Positions 59,994-64,000 of a stretch of 64,000 bases of DNA are shown piece after piece (the stretch's first letter is position 1; each line of letters begins with the position of its first letter). Location of the stretch: NCBI GenBank assembly GCA_951813545.1, contig OX638352.1, positions 4,867,966 through 4,931,965 on the forward strand. Reading direction: 5' to 3'. Below the pieces are notes generated by a model, which was not told where the DNA came from, searched no databases, and saw only the letters and a list, made by a program, of their open reading frames with translations. Position numbers and translations under genes: made by a program. This DNA is from an uncultured Poribacteria bacterium. Lineage in GTDB: Bacteria; Poribacteria; WGA-4E; WGA-3G.

Positions 59994-61085
59994 TAGGACT
60001 TACGCATCATTGATTTTTATCATAGGAGATTTGAGTTGTTGACAGAGATATTCAGAAAGCCATCCGTGTTTGACTTGATAAAGTGTTTTACCTGTTTGAT
60101 AAGCGTTGCGCATTAGGTGAACCCAAACCAGAAAAGCAGCGGCAATGTGATTCCGAACGATACGCGCCAGACGACATTGGCAATTCTCCAAACCTGTCAA
60201 CTGTTTGGCTTCGCGGTGAAGTTGTTCAATCTTCCAGCGCACGTCGCACACCTGTCGCACGACGGACACATCGGATTGACTCAAGTCATTGGTTATGACA
60301 GAATCCGTGCGTTGAGAAGACGCCACCCGGAAAACTTTCACCTTATGATCTCTGGGAAACCTATGAAGTTTTACGCGTTTGCCTGATTTTTCTTCTGCCT
60401 CTGTCCAGTGTAAAGAATCAATGCGTTGATAGGGTTTCTTAGCATCAGAATCATCAACAAGACGATTACATTTCAACGGGACATAATACGTCTTATCAAG
60501 ATTTTCAATGTAAAGGAGCAGAGATTTACTCGCATACCAAGCATCCATCAGCACCGTTGAAAAAGCGAGGTCGCGCGAGTATACACAGACCGAAAGCATA
60601 TCTCGGACATGATCCAACTTCGATTTACCATCGCCTGCTTTATCGTAGATACGGTAATCAATCAACCAATACCGGTCTAACTTCGGATTCACATAGACGC
60701 ACGTAACAATAGCAATACCGTTGATGATACCGCCAGCATTGCCGGAATAGTGTCTCCGGGCGAGGGCGATCTTCTTCGCATAGCGTTTATCAATGACGGT
60801 ATCATCAAAGATAAGGTAGCCATCGGGAGCCAACACCACGTCATTTTTGACGTGTTCCCAAAGCAGACGCGGGGTCAGACGGTCCCCTGCGAGATAACGG
60901 TTGATCTGATCATGACTGAAACTTTCACAATGTTCTGCGAAATGCGTCAGCGTATAGTTGATTGGCGTGCTAAGTAGATATTGACAATAGTCAAGACGTG
61001 TTGGTCTAAGCATATTGAGATGCCTCCTCGTAGAGCATATTACCCCGTCTACGAGGTTATGTCAAACATTATTGCGTAAGTCCTA
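59994..61085 (-). mobile_element. IS701-like (IS4-superfamily) insertion sequence (~1.09 kb) with 13-bp TIRs TAGGACTTACGCA
   Basis: Left TIR taggacttacgca (59994-60006) and right TIR tgcgtaagtccta (61073-61085). The transposase stop codon lies inside the left TIR. Flanked by a 5-bp TSD ttgat. Confidence 0.65.
60000..61013 (-). CDS. DDE transposase (IS701/IS4-like)
   Basis: 337 aa with a C-terminal R-(3)-E-(6)-K motif (DVRWKIEQLHREAKQ). Confidence 0.65.
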   Translation of the reverse strand: MLRPTRLDYCQYLLSTPINYTLTHFAEHCESFSHDQINRYLAGDRLTPRLLWEHVKNDVVLAPDGYLIFDDTVIDKRYAKKIALARRHYSGNAGGIINGIAIVTCVYVNPKLDRYWLIDYRIYDKAGDGKSKLDHVRDMLSVCVYSRDLAFSTVLMDAWYASKSLLLYIENLDKTYYVPLKCNRLVDDSDAKKPYQRIDSLHWTEAEEKSGKRVKLHRFPRDHKVKVFRVASSQRTDSVITNDLSQSDVSVVRQVCDVRWKIEQLHREAKQLTGLENCQCRLARIVRNHIAAAFLVWVHLMRNAYQTGKTLYQVKHGWLSEYLCQQLKSPMIKINDA

Positions 61086-61254
61086 TTGATAAAATCTTTT
61101 CATTTTCTTTCCTTCTTTACAGATAAATAGTTAAGATCACTGGGTTAAATTACAACATAACCCAGATTCTTTTACAGGGTATGCAACGTTGAAACATTCC
61201 AACGTTACGATTAATCACCATAACATTTATACCAAAATTTTTCAAGAAAAAAAG

Positions 61255-63084
61255 TCAGGACAAGGAGGATGACGGATATGCATCTAAAGCGGTTTGCCAT
61301 TTGGTCAGTTGTGCGACGCGTTGTGCTGCATCTGTGGGGATTTCAAGTGGTCTACCACGAGTATCAATAACCAATCCAACGACACCCCCCATCGCCTCTG
61401 CTTCAACCATGTTTCCGGTCCCTGCACCGACATCAAATCGTCGTGAGGGTTGGAGTTTCACGGAGGCTTTTTCACCCAATGGAAGCGGATACAGCCGGAG
61501 TTCACCGTAACGGACATCTTCCCCAATGGGTGGCTTGCCATCAGTGCTAATTTCAACGGAGAGGCACGCCTCACCCGCCTTTCCAATGCCAACCGGTGCA
61601 ATAGCAGTCCCTAAATGGATGAGACAATCCCGTTCAAAGACCTGCGTCGCGGCTTCAGGGTTCACCTGCGCAAGCACACCGAGTTGTGGCATCATAAAGA
61701 TGCTATCAACAGCCAGATGGGTTATACCTTCGGGCTGAAAAGCGTCCATCATCATGAGCATCGCTTGCTGACGGCGGGGTGCGTGCGACAACACACCACC
61801 ACTTCCGACGAGCATATCTAAGGAGAGCATATTAACGAGGGTTTGTCCGCTTTCCGACTGATCAAAGGCTTCAGAGATAGTCCGTTGCTGCTGGACACCC
61901 CGTAATTCAACGGCGAGTTGTTTGTGCTGCTCAAAAGCGAGTCGGAGTGCCTCACGCGCGATTGCCTGCTCAAGTATCAACTCTTGTAGAGTCTGTGGAA
62001 TTGTCGTTGGACGAATCATCTTGTTTTTGATTCGATTGCGGAGATCACCCTCTTCAATGTCAAACGGTACCCAACGGAGAACGTTTTCTAAGCCTGTCTC
62101 AGCGAGGACATTAGAGACGCTATAACTCATGCCGAGGTTCGCACTGACAGTGCGGTTGAAGATCGGTTCCGCCTCCCGGTTTTTAAAAACGGAGAACACA
62201 TCGGTCGTCGCACCCCCGATGTCAACCCCGACGACCTCAATATCCTGCTGCTCAGAGACGGTCTGAATGATTTCGCCGACTGCACCCGGGGTTGGCATAA
62301 TAGGCGCATCTGTCCAGTCAATGAGTTTTTTGTAGCCGGGCGCGTGTGCCATCACGTGCTCAAGGAATTGTTCCTGAATCTTGTGGCGCGTTGGCATCAG
62401 ATTTTCACGCTCCAAAACGGGGCGGAGGTTGTCCACCATTTCCAGTGACATCACATCCTGCAAGCGTTCTTTGATCGATTCGCGTGCGTCTATGTTCCCG
62501 GCATAAATAAGCGGGAGTTCGTAAGCAATGCCCAACCGAGGCCTCGGACGTGCAGCGGCAATAATTTCAGCCAATTCAACGACGTGCGAGGTTGTGCCGC
62601 CATCAATACCACCGGAAAGGAGTAACATATCAGGACGGAGGTGTCGGATACGCTCGATTTTCTCGTGCGGGAGGCGTTTATCGTTAGATGCGATAACATC
62701 CATAACAATCGCCCCTGCCCCTAATGCTGCACGCTCCGCGCTTTCTCCTGTCAGATTGCGGACAACCCCCGCGACCATCATCTGGAGTCCACCGCCGGCA
62801 CTGCTGGTTGAGATATAGATGTCAACCCCTTCGTCTCCGCGCTGCGGCTTGAGGATAACACCCTCATCAAGGAGTTTGCGTCCAGCAAGTTCCTCAACTT
62901 CGGTGATAGCGTTGATAACACCCGCCGTTACGTCCTCAACGGGTGCTTCAACGGTAGTAGGTGCTTCGCCACGCACGATGAGTTGATATTCATCGCCGCG
63001 TTTTTCAATTAGGATTGCTTTCGTCGTTGTGCTGCCACAATCTGTAGCAAGAATCGAGCGGATGTCCCCCGCTGGTTTGTTCAT
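61255..63084 (-). CDS. GlmL/MutL-like (glutamate-mutase accessory family) ATPase-fold protein
   Basis: The N-terminus ILATDCGSTTTKAIL is an actin-like ATPase motif typical of GlmL-family proteins. A second DIGGATTDV motif lies mid-protein. Confidence 0.4.
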   Translation of the reverse strand: MNKPAGDIRSILATDCGSTTTKAILIEKRGDEYQLIVRGEAPTTVEAPVEDVTAGVINAITEVEELAGRKLLDEGVILKPQRGDEGVDIYISTSSAGGGLQMMVAGVVRNLTGESAERAALGAGAIVMDVIASNDKRLPHEKIERIRHLRPDMLLLSGGIDGGTTSHVVELAEIIAAARPRPRLGIAYELPLIYAGNIDARESIKERLQDVMSLEMVDNLRPVLERENLMPTRHKIQEQFLEHVMAHAPGYKKLIDWTDAPIMPTPGAVGEIIQTVSEQQDIEVVGVDIGGATTDVFSVFKNREAEPIFNRTVSANLGMSYSVSNVLAETGLENVLRWVPFDIEEGDLRNRIKNKMIRPTTIPQTLQELILEQAIAREALRLAFEQHKQLAVELRGVQQQRTISEAFDQSESGQTLVNMLSLDMLVGSGGVLSHAPRRQQAMLMMMDAFQPEGITHLAVDSIFMMPQLGVLAQVNPEAATQVFERDCLIHLGTAIAPVGIGKAGEACLSVEISTDGKPPIGEDVRYGELRLYPLPLGEKASVKLQPSRRFDVGAGTGNMVEAEAMGGVVGLVIDTRGRPLEIPTDAAQRVAQLTKWQTALDAYPSSSLS

Positions 63085-63167
63085 AAACTGCGTCTCCAGA
63101 TTTCAGATTTTACACGTATTAATCAGAGCATTTTGGTCTGTCGCGATTCGGAGATCGCTCCTACCAG

Positions 63168-63959
63168 TTAATAACCCAATTGCCGTAGATATTCTCGGTT
63201 TACTGACATACGTTCGAGATCCGAACGCGACTCGATCTGTCCGGGACACGCCGTAACCCACCGGTCATAATTGAGTTCTTCCAAAGTCGACATGATACCG
63301 GGGAAGTCCATGACAGTGCCAGCACCGACATCCACCCAATCCACGTCGTATGTACTATCATCTCCACCTGTGTATCCTGAATAATCCTGAAGGTGGACGT
63401 AGACGAGAACATCACTATAACGGCGAATTGATTCAATAGGATCATAGCCCCAGAGTGCGGAATGCGACACATCTATACACAATTTGCACTTACGGAGCAG
63501 ACTCATATATTTCGCCCAGTCATCAATGGAATCGACCGTCGTGTTCGTGTGAATATGGTAACAGACCTCCAAGCCGTACTGTGCGGCGTACTCTGCCCAC
63601 TCTTCGGACACGTCAGCGAGAGCAGCGAGGTCGGCGTTATTGACAGGACGATCCTGCGGTTTTCCCGCCCCCATGAACATGAAACAGTCGGCTTCAACTT
63701 CAGCGGCGAAGTCTATCCGACGTTTATTCAGTTCCATCTGCTCGGTGTTTTTGTCGATTGGCAGCCCGCGTGCTGTGACGGCAGCGACAGGCAGATCCGC
63801 ATTGTTGCACATCTGTCGGATGTGTTGTGGTGTGCCGACCCAATCCAAGGATTGACGCATCTCCCAGCCGTCCCATCCTGCGTCCTTCAATTGTGTCAAC
63901 AACTCCTCAAAATCAGGTGTCTGCCAACGTAAAGTACTATATCCAAATTTGAAACCCAT
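63168..63959 (-). CDS. Sugar phosphate isomerase/epimerase (xylose isomerase-like TIM barrel)
   Basis: 263 aa with a TIM-barrel pattern (GFKFGYSTLRW...GWDGWEM...HLQD). Confidence 0.65.
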   Translation of the reverse strand: MGFKFGYSTLRWQTPDFEELLTQLKDAGWDGWEMRQSLDWVGTPQHIRQMCNNADLPVAAVTARGLPIDKNTEQMELNKRRIDFAAEVEADCFMFMGAGKPQDRPVNNADLAALADVSEEWAEYAAQYGLEVCYHIHTNTTVDSIDDWAKYMSLLRKCKLCIDVSHSALWGYDPIESIRRYSDVLVYVHLQDYSGYTGGDDSTYDVDWVDVGAGTVMDFPGIMSTLEELNYDRWVTACPGQIESRSDLERMSVNREYLRQLGY

Positions 63960-64000
63960 GCTGTTTCCTCCTATTTTGGCTATTGGCTGTCGGCTGTCGG

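Overview
This 64-kb window is bacterial chromosomal DNA with roughly balanced GC. It is unusually dense in short dispersed palindromic (REP-like) repeat families, IS elements and MITEs. Most coding sequence is on the minus strand.

Main contents:
(1) Three paralogous genes encode an ECF sigma factor fused to a TM helix and a large BNR/Asp-box beta-propeller extension. They lie at 32-3163, 3370-6488 (frameshifted) and 14100-17177. A conserved 36-bp ECF-type promoter motif (TGCAACC-N17-CGTCAC on the minus strand) sits upstream of each. The same motif is also found upstream of a STAS-domain gene and a small membrane ORF. Two paralogous ABC-2-like permease genes accompany the sigma modules.
(2) Mobile DNA: an IS4-family IS with TIRs and TSD, an IS5-family IS with a frameshifted transposase, an IS701-like IS that splits a secreted-protein gene, a TnpB (IS605-family) element with a near-consensus sigma70 promoter, and MITEs sharing the IS701-like TIR.
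(3) Ordinary genes: NUDIX hydrolase, argB, Zn-ADH, Gfo/Idh/MocA oxidoreductase, PhyH dioxygenase, ComEC, GNAT, a PD40 propeller protein, BatD/TPR, a GlmL-like protein and a sugar-phosphate isomerase.
(4) A complete type I-B-like CRISPR-Cas locus in the order cas6-orf132-cas8-cas7-cas5-RAYT-cas3-cas4-cas1-cas2-leader-array. The array (35067-44322) has 139 copies of a 30-bp repeat, GTTTCTATTCCATACTGGTTCGATTAAAAG, and 138 spacers.

The most unusual feature is a REP-associated tyrosine transposase (RAYT) gene sitting between cas5 and cas3. Copies of its cognate REP hairpin (GGCGAGG-loop-CCTCGCC) are inserted in-frame inside its own ORF. An AT-rich insertion between cas6 and cas8 carries an NTF2-like 132-aa ORF and an orphan repeat pair. 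All calls rest on reading the translations and repeats by eye; no database search was run.
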